A stretch of 64,000 nt of DNA from Raja brachyura (taxonomy: Eukaryota), in NCBI GenBank assembly GCA_963514005.1, contig OY740813.1, positions 14,756,001-14,820,000 of the forward strand, in the 5' to 3' direction. Each line of letters begins with the position of its first letter. Positions within the stretch are counted from its first letter, which is position 1. Positions 1-11,730 of this stretch are shown piece by piece. The position numbers were made by a program, and so were the translations under genes. A model generated the notes under the pieces. That model searched no databases. It saw nothing but the letters and a program-made list of their open reading frames with translations, and was not told the origin of the DNA.

Positions 1-587
1 AAAAGTTATACGATGCTGCGTAGCAATCAGCATGAGCTTATGGAACAAGAACAATGTGATATTGGAAGATCAGAGTGCACTTTAGCATCTGGAAGGATGG
101 AACAAAACTGAACAAATTGTGGCATCGGCGATCCTTCATGGGGGAAAATGCAACGTATGGAAAAGTAGACATTTCATTCTGTAACAGCTTGCATTTCAGC
201 TTGTGATTTAACAAAATGTTCTTTTATTATTCATTGAGTTTGCCAAACATGAAATCGACATCTTTAGTTTCCCTTTCTAAAGATTTAAATGAACAAATCC
301 TGGCTTGAAATAAGTTGAAAGTTTAATTAAACAGCTTATTTGAACATGTAAAAATGAGTTGTGTCGACTTAATTTCTTGCTTCTGTGATAGAACCTGGTG
401 TTGAAATCATCTGAACAGGGAAGCGGTGATCTTCATCTTGTCGATAACCCCACGCAGTTTGTTACAGAATGTAACATTTTAATTGTGAATTACTATTTTA
501 CATCTAGGAACAACTGAACTTATTAGTAAGACTCATTCCGTGAAACATTATTTCTGGTGAAATGTTCTAGATTTGTCTGTATGGGGG

Positions 588-665
588 GGAAGGGTCTAGA
601 CCTGAAACATCCCCTCCACAGATGCTGCCTGACCTGCTGAGTTCCTCCAGCACTTTGTGTTCTAG
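588..665 (+). mobile_element. degenerate PLE terminal repeat
   Basis: GAAGGGTCTAGACCTGAAACATC...AGATGCTGCCTGACCTGCTGAGTTCCTCCAGCAC; same family as 4723-4854. Confidence 0.65.
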
Positions 666-1339
666 TCAAGGTAGGTAGTGATTGTGCTGATCAAAATAAA
701 AGGAAAAGGACACAACTTATATATGTCGTGATACTTCAAATCGTACCCATTGAAGAACTAATGCCCAGTGAAAACATCCGCCTAGTAAGTTACACAAAAT
801 ACTCGGGGAGGGGAATGGAGGAAGGAAAGTGTTGAATATTGACTACTTTTCCCTGTAACTCACAATGTTAGCATCCAAATAAAGAGCATATATTATGACA
901 TATTTAAAGATGTTCATAATAGGAAGATAAAACACAGTTATCAGGTTGTGTTTTCCTGGTTTAAAATGTTAGTCCTTTGCCATGGGATAGTTTTAGGTAT
1001 CATTTTGTGTTTAAGACTCTGACAGTTTCAGTAAAGTAGATTTTGTCAGTTTATCTTGTACTATTACCCTCAAAACAGCCTCAATATTTTCCACGTTATG
1101 TGAGAAATGTGACTGATGGTTTCTTGAGAAGCAGTGACAAAAGCCCCTTGGATAAATGCTCTTGGCATATTCAGGTAAAGTATGCAGGAGCACAAACAAT
1201 GCGCGAGAGGAACTTGCAATATAGGAAAGGTTTCGAGGGATATGGGCCAAACACAGGCAAATGGGACTAGCTTTGATGCGGCACCTTGGTCGGCATGGAT
1301 GTGTTGGGCCGAAATAGCCTCTTTTCTCTGCTAGGTGAC

Positions 1340-1800
1340 CACCAGCTCGGGAAACATTTGCGGAGGGAAATGGACAGATGACATTTTGGGTCGAGACACT
1401 TCTTCAGACTACACATGGCTGTAATAGTGAGTCCGGGTCAGACTGTGGTGGGAGAGCAGGAGGAATCATAGAGGAGGAGCAGTGAGAGAGGGTCTCACAA
1501 AACCCTTGTCCGAGGAGGAGGAGAACTTCCTCAAAGTGGGCGTACTTTGAATGGGCTTTGCATTTAGTAGTAAAATGGGGGCATTAGAGGTTGGAGATGC
1601 TGGAATCTGGGGCCACAGAGAGGAAGGTCAGTTTTCTCTCCGTTCTGCTACAGAGTGTCACCCTGAAATGTCAACCCATACCTTCTGCCTCCACAGATGC
1701 TGCCTGACCTGCTGAGTTCCTTCAGTGAATAAAAGTGCGTGAGGAATTCACTAGGTCAGGCAGCATGTGTAAAGGGAATGAACAGAGACCCTTTAGACGG
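1340..1800. mobile_element. cluster of PLE fragments (tail, adjacent internal segment, further tails)
   Basis: Minus-strand tail at 1340-1411. The segment ~1486-1575 is the reverse complement of 60771-60862 (GAAGTTCTCCTCCTC...GTGAGACCCTCTCTC). Further tail pieces lie at 1655-1800. Confidence 0.6.
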
Positions 1801-2749
1801 AACAATTTGGGAGAAAGATCATGTATGTGGGAATACGATCGACAACTTCTTCCCCTGTGTATCGTGCTCACCACACAAGTCCGGCTGCATGATTTAGGAA
1901 TTAATTTAATTTGCTCATTATTTGCTTATCTGGCTCTGTATTGTAGTCTGCACTTGTTTAACACCAGGTGATTAACCCAATTAGTTTTTTACCAATCATT
2001 CAAATTAAGGGTCATTTAAACCTCAGCTGCATTCGGCTGAAAAAGATTGAAGAAATGACACAGATTTATCGTGTGTATCCCTATTTATTATTCCAGCATG
2101 CATAGTTTGGAAAAAAAATCTTTAAATCAAACAGTTTAATTATTTCAAATGTTTCACTCATACAGAGCGGGCTAATTAGCCCTATCTTTGTTTATAAGCC
2201 TAAGTACACTATCACGAGTGTTATTTAATTGTGAGCTCCCTAATTAGTTTGATATGGATTATACAGTCAGCAGGTACTGCACTAAAGAGATTTTCCATCC
2301 TGATGTGGGCTATAGTGTGGAAGGTATGATGGCAAAGTGAGGTCAGTACAGATTCGTAGTCTCCTGGGCCCTTCTCATCATGGTTACTCAGTTCTCTCTC
2401 TTTTGCCTTCCATTATTGGCATCAGTCTTCATGCCAACATTCACCTTGCCTAAATCTGAATCTGCAAATCCTGGGACTTTGCCCAATATTCTGGCTGGCA
2501 ATGCTCTGGCAGATGAGGGCAGGCCTCCAACGTCAAAGGAATCTATGAGGGAATTAAACTGTGCTTTTTAATCCGTGCTGCCATGCTCGAGCAGATGTGA
2601 ATGTTCTAAAAGATGCCAACTTGGGTATCAGAACCAGTGTTCCAGTCCCCATTGCTAGAACTACAGAAAAACATTCGAACCATACACCTTCTGACCTGAA
2701 AGTTGTCACTAAGTCAGAAGAATGTTCTTGACGGAAGGTAATTGAAGGA

Positions 2750-3142
2750 ATCTATAGCAGGTGCTCCATCAAAGGTTAGCCATTATAATCAGACCCACAC
2801 CTCTCTGGCCATACTCTCGTCTCAATGGTGTTGCCGTGAAGAAGGTAAGGAGCCTGAAAACTGACCTCCGGGTCAAAATAGCATCTTCCCAGCAACCATC
2901 AGTCTCTTGAACACTACACAATACTAAGCTCAGCAACCAGGATCTTCTATGGATGATTGCACTGCGGACTTTAGCTTTGCACTTTTGCGGTAGCCTACTA
3001 TTACAGTTATTACTTTATTGTATAATTGATTATTATGTATTTCTCTATATTATTGCATTAACGAGCCTGTAAAACTGCAGCAAGTAAGAATTTCATTGTT
3101 CTGTTGCCGGTACATAGGACAATTAAACACTTGATTCTTGAC
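2750..3142 (+). mobile_element. older Rex1-type LINE 3' fragment
   Basis: Decayed DPH..GH/FFP..I.LLN region, then the tail AGTAAGAATTTCATTGTT...ACAATTAAACAC.TCTTGAC, which also occurs at ~59300-59365 and in reverse at ~12090-12150. Confidence 0.55.
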
Positions 3143-4722
3143 TGATTTCTCCCAAATCTGAGATTTCCGCAGAACTATCCCGGAGCTAGTTAAGAATTGT
3201 ATATAGGGTGTAACTTAAGCGGTACCTGAGATTTTCTAGCCAAATATCAACTCACTCAGGCTGGAGTAATCCTTCTGAAGTGAAATGTTTTGCATTGTGA
3301 CTGGGCAGAGCTGCATTTCTTTCTGCCAACTTGTGACTTGAGAGACATTTTCCGCACAGCATGTAGGAAGTATTGAAGGATGCCCTAAAATATCTCTCTT
3401 TTGGCATTTGATCCCTCACTTTCTTCACTGTTAGTTAATGTAGGGAAGGGGAGTGCAGTCATATGGCATGGTGGTTGCAATCATCCCTCAGCACTCTGGA
3501 AGTAGTAGATTGCCAGGATAATTATGTTGCAGTGATGTCTGTAAGGAATTCAAGCTGTCAAAGTTCCATTCTATTCACCACTTCATACTCCAGTCATGAT
3601 TTTCAATATTCCTTTTTTGCTGCTATTCTATCATAATTTACAATTCTTGCCAAGAGGAGCCAGCCTCGCGTGCCTTGTATGTCACTGCAAGTCTACATCA
3701 TGTGACTGAATAAGTGAGCACAAAATAGTTGCTGCTGCCTTAATCACTGTGATTGCCCTGGATAACTCGAATGTCAAATATCAACTTCTTGGCATGTCGT
3801 GGCCCTAATTATGGGGACTTGGAGAGACGTTTCTGAGGCCATGACTCGCTTTTCACTTATTTGATGTTAATTAAAGGTTTTGTGAGTGCACTGGAATCTT
3901 GCACAACACTGAAGCCGCTCTTAATTCTCCCTCCTGTTCAACCTTTCGTCTTAACATATTATCTCTTCCTCCTTCAAATCAACTGCACAATTCCATTTCT
4001 GTCCACAGTCTCTGCTCACTAACTGTAATTCGCTCTCTGATCTTGGCATGCATTGGGGAGAAAACCTTGTATTACTGAATTACAGGTGAAGCACTTTTAC
4101 ATGTAATAAGCTACCATGATATTTTTAATACAACGTAATACCAACATTTTTGCCTTCATGTTACAGGGAAAATTGATAATTATATTATTTAATAAGTTCT
4201 ATTTTGACTGACTTATTCAGGACATTGAGCCTGCAGCACATAATACTTATCAGAGTTATAAGATAAAGTGTAAAAATATGGAAATAACAGTTGTATAGCA
4301 GTTGCGTTTTAAACATTTTTTAATCAGTACTGTGCCCATCATTCAGTCTGGACAGCAATAGACCTCCTTGAAGAACTCTTAGGAGGGGTGGGGAGGTTCC
4401 TACTGACCTTCATTAAGAACAATATCGCCCATCAATGGCTGAGTTCGGTGCATCCTGGTTTTAAAACTACATTTCACAAAATATTTTTAACATTTGAAGT
4501 AGTGTTGTATCAGAAGTCTGAACATCAGCCAATGTGGAACAGGCTTTCATCCAATCCACTTTTTGTCATTGTTTTAGTACAGTCATAGGCAATTGGGTGG
4601 ATTGGCAGAGTTATGACGGTAATTGATGGTGAGGCTGAGTTGGGGTTGCAATTTCTTTTTATTACCAGCAGGTAGCAGCATTGAGCTATTAGCGATTCCA
4701 GGCAGGTGGGGATTCAAATGAA

Positions 4723-4854
4723 TGTTTAAGAAGGAACTGCAGATGCTGGAAAATCAAAGGTAGACAAAAAAGCTGGAGAAACTCAGTGGGTGAGGCAGCA
4801 TCTATGGAGCGAAGGAAATAGGTGACGTTTCGGGTCTCGACCCTTCTTCAGACC
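4723..4854 (-). mobile_element. PLE terminal repeat with intact hammerhead-like core
   Basis: The minus strand reads GGT CTGAAGA A GGGTC GA GACCC GAAA CGTC ACC, then TATTTCCTTCGCTCCATAGATGCTGCC...CCAGCATCTGCAGTTCCTTCTTAAAC. Confidence 0.75.
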
Positions 4855-5422
4855 AGTCTACCAATTCAATGGTACTTTATGAATCATAAATGAAAATTGG
4901 GGACAGAAAATGTCTTAGAAACTTACATTTTTATTTTAAAGTTTATTTTGAAACCTAGCATGGTAACATCATAATTTTCTACGTTTTATTTTGTTAACCA
5001 AGCACTAATTGATAACTCCTGTGCAAAGTGAGAGAGGACTTTTGAATCTCTATTGCAAAAGTACGGATGATATACAGCAGCGGAAGGATGACAAGTGTTG
5101 TAAGACTTTCTTACTGTAGTATTTCACACCCAGGCTGTTTTCTGTGTCTGTCAGGTTAAATACATTTTTTTTTAATGTTAAATGGTTGCAAAATACAAGG
5201 TGCAGAAACATGAACAATTCACATTGAGTCCAGTCAAATTTCTCATCAGCTCTCATGTTTCTGAATTCACTGGTCTGCTGCATTAACGCCTCTACCTCTA
5301 TGCCACATCAAATGTAAACACAACTTTTTTATATTCCATATGAATTTTATGTGGATTGGAGGTACCTGCTGGCTGCTCGTTCTGTTAATTCACCTACGAT
5401 CAGTCCTAAAGTTTATTTTAAA

Positions 5423-5610
5423 TGGACACAATGCTGAAGTAACTCAGCGGGTCAGGCAGCATCTCTGGAGAACATGGATAAGTGATGTTTCTGGTCGATC
5501 TGAAACATTGCCAGTCCATTCCCTCCACAGATGCTGCCTGACCCGTTGAGTTACTCCAGCACTTTATATATTGGTCAAGGTTCCAGCATTTGCAGTTTTC
5601 TTGTGTCTCT
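5423..5610. mobile_element. divergent (fold-back) pair of PLE terminal repeats
   Basis: GTAACTCAGCGGGTCAGGCAGCATCT ... AGATGCTGCCTGACCCGTTGAGTTAC form inverted arms that meet at GTTTCTGGTCGATCTGAAAC. Confidence 0.7.
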
Positions 5611-5648
5611 CAAAGTTTTAAAAAATTAGAATTTTTAGTTTTTGCTTT

Positions 5649-5675
5649 GAGAGAGAGAGAGAGAGAGAGAGAGAG
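5649..5675. repeat. (GA)n microsatellite
   Basis: Direct reading. Confidence 0.95.
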
Positions 5676-8473
5676 CGCTCTAGGGGGCTAGTCGAAGCAA
5701 GTGATATGGGGAGAAGGCTGGCACGGGTTATTGATTGGGACGATCAGCCATGATCACAATGAATGGCGGTGCTGGCTCAAAGGGCCGAATGGCCTCCTGC
5801 ACCTATTTTCTATGTATCTATAAATTGCTATTATAGAACACGAGGGGTGTTCACTGAAGCAGCATTCATAGGTTCCAGGAGCCGAATTAGGCTGTTCGGC
5901 CATTGAACCGATGTGCATAGGGAATGGACTCGAGCTTCAAAGCAAAGACTGGAAGAGTGGCAGTTTTAGTTGGTATCAAACCTTTCACAATCATTATCGT
6001 AATTCTAAATGGATCAATAGATGGATACTAAATATGTGGGAACTGAAAGGATAAAATGTACAGACTTGTTAATCTTTGGAGCATGTTGAAGACTATTTCA
6101 TGAATTAAATCCAAGCAATATTTCAGAGTTCAGTGTAAGGAACACAATTGTTCAATGTTCATTGAGGAACAGACTGCCAACAGTCTCCCGGGTCAGGGTG
6201 GCAGCTAATCAAAGCACCCACTTGTGTTGAGAGCGGGATTTTGAGTCTGAAGGATGCCAACCCTATACATTGCCTATCCCATCCCTCCACTGATGCTGCC
6301 TGACCCGCTGACTTCCTCGAGTACTTTATATTTCACTAACATGTCCATTTAATAACTTAGTTTCTGCTTTAATATTTTCTCAAAATTCTGATGTTTCTCA
6401 TGTTGCTTGAGATTGTGAGATTAATGTTTTATTTTTTCTCCCAGTTACCACACAACTTGTAAACAGTATCAGAGGACAGTCCAGAGGCAACAGTGCTGGT
6501 GTGGAGACATAAATACGTAGGCTGGACCAGGTAAGGAAAGCAGGCTTCATTCTCAAAGGGGCTCTGGTGAGGCTTTTATAACAATCTGACATTTCTAACA
6601 TTGCTTTTACAGATAATTACCTTCCAGGTTTCAGTTTATTTTAACAGAATTCAGATTAATTGGGTTTGAGTTGCCCAATTTCTGACACTTAGCTTAGTAA
6701 CAAAAACAATGTAATTACTCAAACTTCAGCAATGACTTGATTAAAATAGCAACCCTTCCAGGGCTTGGCTCCAGAGAGTCAACTCCTTTTTATAAATGCA
6801 CAGTTATGGCAATCCCACCTCTGTGAGCATGACTGTAAGTATAGCACGGCGCATCAATGGTATGACATGTTTTGGTCAAGAGAGGAAGTAGATAATTGAA
6901 GATCATGACTTCACACCCAGCACAAACTCATGGTCAACTGAGTTGCGATGATGTCTTCATGCTTCTGTGATTTGAACTACTCGTACTATTTACCTCAAAG
7001 CCTTGATGTGATTTCAACAATGCAGCCTCTGCAAAATTCTTCAAATGTGCATGCAGGATAAGACAATCCGTGTCAGTGTATCATGCCCAACACAAGATGC
7101 CTGAAGAGGGGGGGCACTCCAAACACAACTCTACTATGGAAAGAAATTGAGGTGGACATTTATAAATATTTCTTGATTTCTAAAAAAACATTGTCACCGG
7201 TTCCTGGGAATCCCTGAATCGCTCAAGGCAATGGGGGAATACTTTGCATGGGAGTGAGAGTTCGAGGAGCACATGGAAGCCCTGCATTAATGGCAGAAGA
7301 AGTATCCCACCTAAGCTATCCACCCATCAGCCCTGCCAAGCACACTGGCCTCTTCAGTCACGTCGGGATCAGAGTCTTCTCAATCATCGGGATGGGGAGG
7401 AGCAGAGCTTCACTTTATCAATTTGTTAGGGTTAACAGCTTATTGACGTGATGGGAACCCACCTTGGACAACAATGTCAATAAAGGATTGAGTGAAAAGT
7501 TCATTATGATTAAGAGAGTTTTATTTTGTGAATTGTGAAGATCGACCTTTCCAGAGACTTGGATGTTGCAAGTTGGCACTGGAACGTAGCGACACTCTGC
7601 GTGCTGTTCCAGAAGTTCTATTGGAGTCATGTATTGTATGATTTGACTGGATAGCATGCAGCACAAACATTGCACTCTCTCTGTGTGCATATGATAGTAA
7701 AATAAACCATTGAACCATTGGAAGCAAGTCACTGTCAGGATCACTATACCAGCAGCAGCATCGTGTGTCCACAGGTCTCCAGGGTGATTGGGAGCAGAGT
7801 CTGTTCTGGAGAAAGAAAATAAAAAATCATCTTCTATTCTTCCACCATCACAGGAATACTAACTGCAGATACGTGGATGTGAATCAAGCTTGTGTATTGT
7901 AGATGGGCTGAATGAAATATCAAAGTTCATGTTTGAGCCTTTATTCTTGCCCTTTGTTGAACTGGCACATACCTCACCACAGGGGGCATGGATCTCAGAC
8001 TCCGTGTCGTCTCCGTGTCACCTCTCTGTTCAACAGCAGCGGAGACCAGAGTGTAACATGAGGAAGGGAAAATAATTTGATCTGTTAAGTAAAACATTAC
8101 ATGTTGTCTGATTCTAATCCTGATTAGATCATGGCTATCTCCATACATTTATTGTGCGGTTACTTTAGTGCAATGAAACTTCAATGGAAGTGGCTAGTGT
8201 AATAAATATGTAATAAAGTCTGCGATGAGCACTCAAAAGCTATCAATGTAATTCTAGAGTGGTTGTTAAAAGGCAAGGACCCAATCCAGTGGTAATGTGT
8301 TGTTCAAGTCGCCACTAAGACAGATTTGACGGAAAAGATGTAACGTTTATTCTGAATGACACTGGTGACAGGGAAGCAAAAGTCAGAGTTCACTTTCTGA
8401 ATGACAACGCTGGACTATTGTGGGTCAGGTGAGGAAGGGATAGAGTTAGAATTTTCTTTTTGTTTTTTTTTGC

Positions 8474-9292
8474 GGGCGCCGTCCTGTACGGGTATGGCTG
8501 CCCAGCCTGCAGCTGTCCGTCTTTTCTCTTTTTTTAATTTTCAGTTAGTTGAGTTTTTTGTTTTTCGGAGTCCTAGCCTTTTTTTATGTGGAGGGGAAGG
8601 GGGAAACTGCTTTCTAGGGTCCCTACCTGGTCGGAGAGGCAGCTTTCTCCGGGCTGCACAGTCGACGCGTCCTCGCGGCCTACCAGCGGGCCTGGAGCAG
8701 CGTTTCCTGGGGGGACCGCCCAGAGCCACGGCTTCGGCGATGGCACAGTGCTGGAGCACCATCGCGGAGCGGAGCGGGCGATACTTTGCCTGGGTCGCCG
8801 CGCTGGAGCTCCGGTGAGCTGAAGACCGCAGGTGAACATCGCGGAGCTGCGGGGCGGCCGGCCGCGGGCGGCGGCGCTGAAATTTAAATCGGGAGCCTGG
8901 GATCTCTCGGCGAGATCACCAGTTGTAGAGCTCCATGCAGCGCGGCCTGTTGGCGTCGGAAGCCGCAGTCTCCAGCACAGAAGCGGCCGTTACAGGCACC
9001 CCTGAGCTGCTGAGAGGGTTCTCCCGTCGCCGGAGCACCATCACCCGGCGAAGAAGGGCCTGGAACATTGGCCCCCATAGCGGCGACTGTTGGGGCCTCA
9101 ATAGGCCTGACTATGGGTCTGGACTTTGTGCCTTCCCTCGTAATGGGAACCATTGTGGGGGGATGTTTTTTATGTTTATGTTAAATTCTTTAATGTTATG
9201 TCCTATCTTTATCTATGTTCTGCATGGCAAGACAAATTTCACTACACCAATTGGTGTATGTGACAATAAATGTCCTTTGTCCTTTGTCCTTT
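8474..9292 (+). mobile_element. CpG-rich non-autonomous retroelement with (TGTCCTT)n tail
   Basis: A very GC/CpG-rich body ending AATTTCACT...GTGACAATAAA+(TGTCCTT)3, a LINE-type tail. Confidence 0.6.
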
Positions 9293-10247
9293 AATTGAAA
9301 ACGATTTCAAATGTTAATCGCAGTGGGATAATGTAGAACCAGGGTGATCGATGGTCGGCGTGGACTTGATGGGTCGAAGGGCCTGATTCCACGCTGTTTT
9401 TTTGTCAATCAACCAAACATACCTGGGATTCCTCCCTTCTCGAAAGAGGTGAGAGTGATAGACCTTTTTGTTGGGTCATTGTGTCAGCGATTTGCGGTAA
9501 GGAAACAAAGTTGAGATACAGGATAACTGATCTTAATGAATGGCAGTGGGATTAAATGTCCCAACTGGTCACTGTGATACTTTTCTGCAGCTCAATCCTT
9601 CTGCAAGGACCCCAGATCTTCTTTAGCAATACATTGGCATTTTGATTTTTTTTGTGAGGCGAACTTCGTTAAACCTGGACTGCAAAGAATATTCCAGATA
9701 CTTCTCCATCGAGCTGTTTTAACTCATCTGTTGTTTGAAAAGCTTTCTACCCATTTGTAACTGAAGCCCCTGAATGTCTGGCTGACATGTTGGACATGAT
9801 GCATTGCACCTCAACAGGCAGCGGACTTTAAGCTGCAGCCACACAGCTGCGGTGGACAGATGGGACTGCAGTGAATCACTACATGAAGCTGGCATCCAAA
9901 GCATTGTTGGCTGAAGGATGGAAAGAGATGCACTGAAAGCAAAAAGGTATTACAATGGAGACTTTGTGCTTAAAACAGTGCATTAAACAAAAGAGAAAGG
10001 TGGTAAAGTTGGGGCTTGAATAGGAAGTATGTTATTCTCCCCATCTATCCTGGACCATGGGTGCTTGCTGGCATTAAGTTCCATGATCATAATGTTCCCA
10101 GAGAGGCTAATGAATGTGCAAACATAGAGTGATTGTAACTTGTCTATTCAACCGTGTGTAGATGTAGTCAATGATGGGGAAACTGGTCTGTGGAAGCTTA
10201 TCATAGGAGGAAGGTAATGCTTGAACTAACAGTAAATACTTTGAGGG

Positions 10248-10340
10248 TTACACAAAAAGCTGGAGAAACTCAGCGGGTGCAGCAGCATCTAAGGAGCGAA
10301 GGAGATAGGCGACATTTCGGGTTGAGACCCTTCTTTGAAC
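10248..10340 (-). mobile_element. PLE terminal repeat
   Basis: GCTGGAGAAACTCAGCGGGTGCAGCAGCATCT...TTTCGGGTTGAGACCCTTCTT. Confidence 0.7.
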
Positions 10341-11054
10341 TGTTTGTCCCGACTGAAGCGGGTACTTAACTATTTTCTGTGTTAAAGAGAGTACAGCCGT
10401 TCATTACTTTGATTAATCACTGCTGGTAAACAAAACTTGATTACAAAGTCATTAGTCATTGTGCTGAATAGCACAGAAATGTTTACAAAGATCAGGCCCA
10501 AACTGGATAATTTTTACGTGGCACTGGTAGCTGGTTCAGTATCACAGCGCACTCAGCCTGTGATATTGAAAGGAAGCTCCTTTTCCTAACTGTCCAACTC
10601 ACTGACACGGCCTCGGTTGCTGCTCAAAGCGGTTGAGTGAAGCCCTTATTTACAAAATCCACACATGCAGTTTAACATCAGTGAATGGTGATCGTAAGCA
10701 GGAGTTGTGGCTGATTCCAACATTCAAGTCACCCTCAACCCCTTGCCAAGTCCATTGGCTATTTTTGACAGATTGGGTCTATGCAGGTTTGAATGGTTCT
10801 GTCCACGTTACGTGGAGGCCATATCCTGAATTCAAGACCATTTCATTCAAAGCAACAAACTCATCAATGGGAAATTCAGAAGAATGTAGTAAAACTTAAA
10901 ATAACTGATCACCTTAAAGCTGGCCTTTAAGATTAAACTTTGCTTTCGGAAGCAGGTCTTTAACAGTATTTGGACTGCCTAGTGAACAAGGAGAACTCTT
11001 AATACTACTTCCCCATCTCACCCTAAATCCCTATCCTGTCTAAATTCCTGGGCC

Positions 11055-11730
11055 ATGGATAAAGTGAATGTTCAGAGTCTTATTCCCAGGGAAAGGATAC
11101 CAAAACTAGAGGGTAGAGACTTACAGTGGCTTGCAAAAGTTTTCATACCCCTTGAACTTTTCCACATTTTGTCACGCTACAACCACAAACGTAAATGTAT
11201 GTTGGGATTTTATGTGATAGACCAACACAAAGTGGCGCATAATTAGGGGTATTAGAGTAAAGGGGGCTGAATGCTTTTGCACGCCACACTTTTCAGTTTT
11301 TTATTTGTAAAAAAATTTGGAAACCATGTATCATTTTCCTTCCACTTCACAATTATGCACCACTTTGTGTTGGTCTATCACATAAAATCCCAATAAAATA
11401 CATTTGCGTTTGTGGTTGTAACGTGACAAAATGTGGAAAAGTTCAAGGGGTATGAAAACTTTTGCAAGGCACTGTAAGGTGAGAGAGGAGAAATTTAAGA
11501 GGGTAACTTTGCACAGAGGGTAATCTATATCTGGAATGAGCTGCCAGTGGAAACTTTAGAAGCAGATACAATAATGACTTTTACAAGACATTTGGATAGA
11601 TAAGTGGATAGGACGAGTTTAGAGGATATGGGCCAAATGCAGGCAAATGGAACAAGCCAATATGCCAACTTGGTCAGCATGGACAAAGTGAGCCGAAGGA
11701 TCCGTTTCTCTGCTGTACAGCTCAATAACT
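11055..11730 (+). mobile_element. CR1-type LINE 3' fragment, split by the Tc1 MITE
   Basis: Removing the MITE restores ...AGACTTAAGGTGAGAG...TGGAATGAGCTGCCA...GGATATGGGCCAAATGCAGGCAAATGG. Confidence 0.75.
11124..11474. mobile_element. Tc1/mariner non-autonomous element (IR/DR type), 351 bp, TA TSD
   Basis: TA|CAGTGGCTTGCAAAAGTTTTCATACCCCTTGAAC...GTTCAAGGGGTATGAAAACTTTTGCAAGGCACTG|TA, with inverted arms of about 120 bp. It interrupts a CR1 fragment. Confidence 0.92.

Noticed and set aside
1-111. Open frame KSYTMLRSNQHELMEQEQCDIGRSECTLASGRMEQN* at the window start, possibly the end of a neighbouring plus-strand gene
   Set aside because: Truncated by the window and short, with no recognisable homology.
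2388-2545. Minus-strand acceptor followed by a ~50-codon open frame (also plus ORF 2380..2571)
   Set aside because: No recognisable protein and no partner exons.
8401-9294. Multiple overlapping ORFs on both strands
   Set aside because: Expected from stop-poor GC-rich repeat sequence; no domain similarity.
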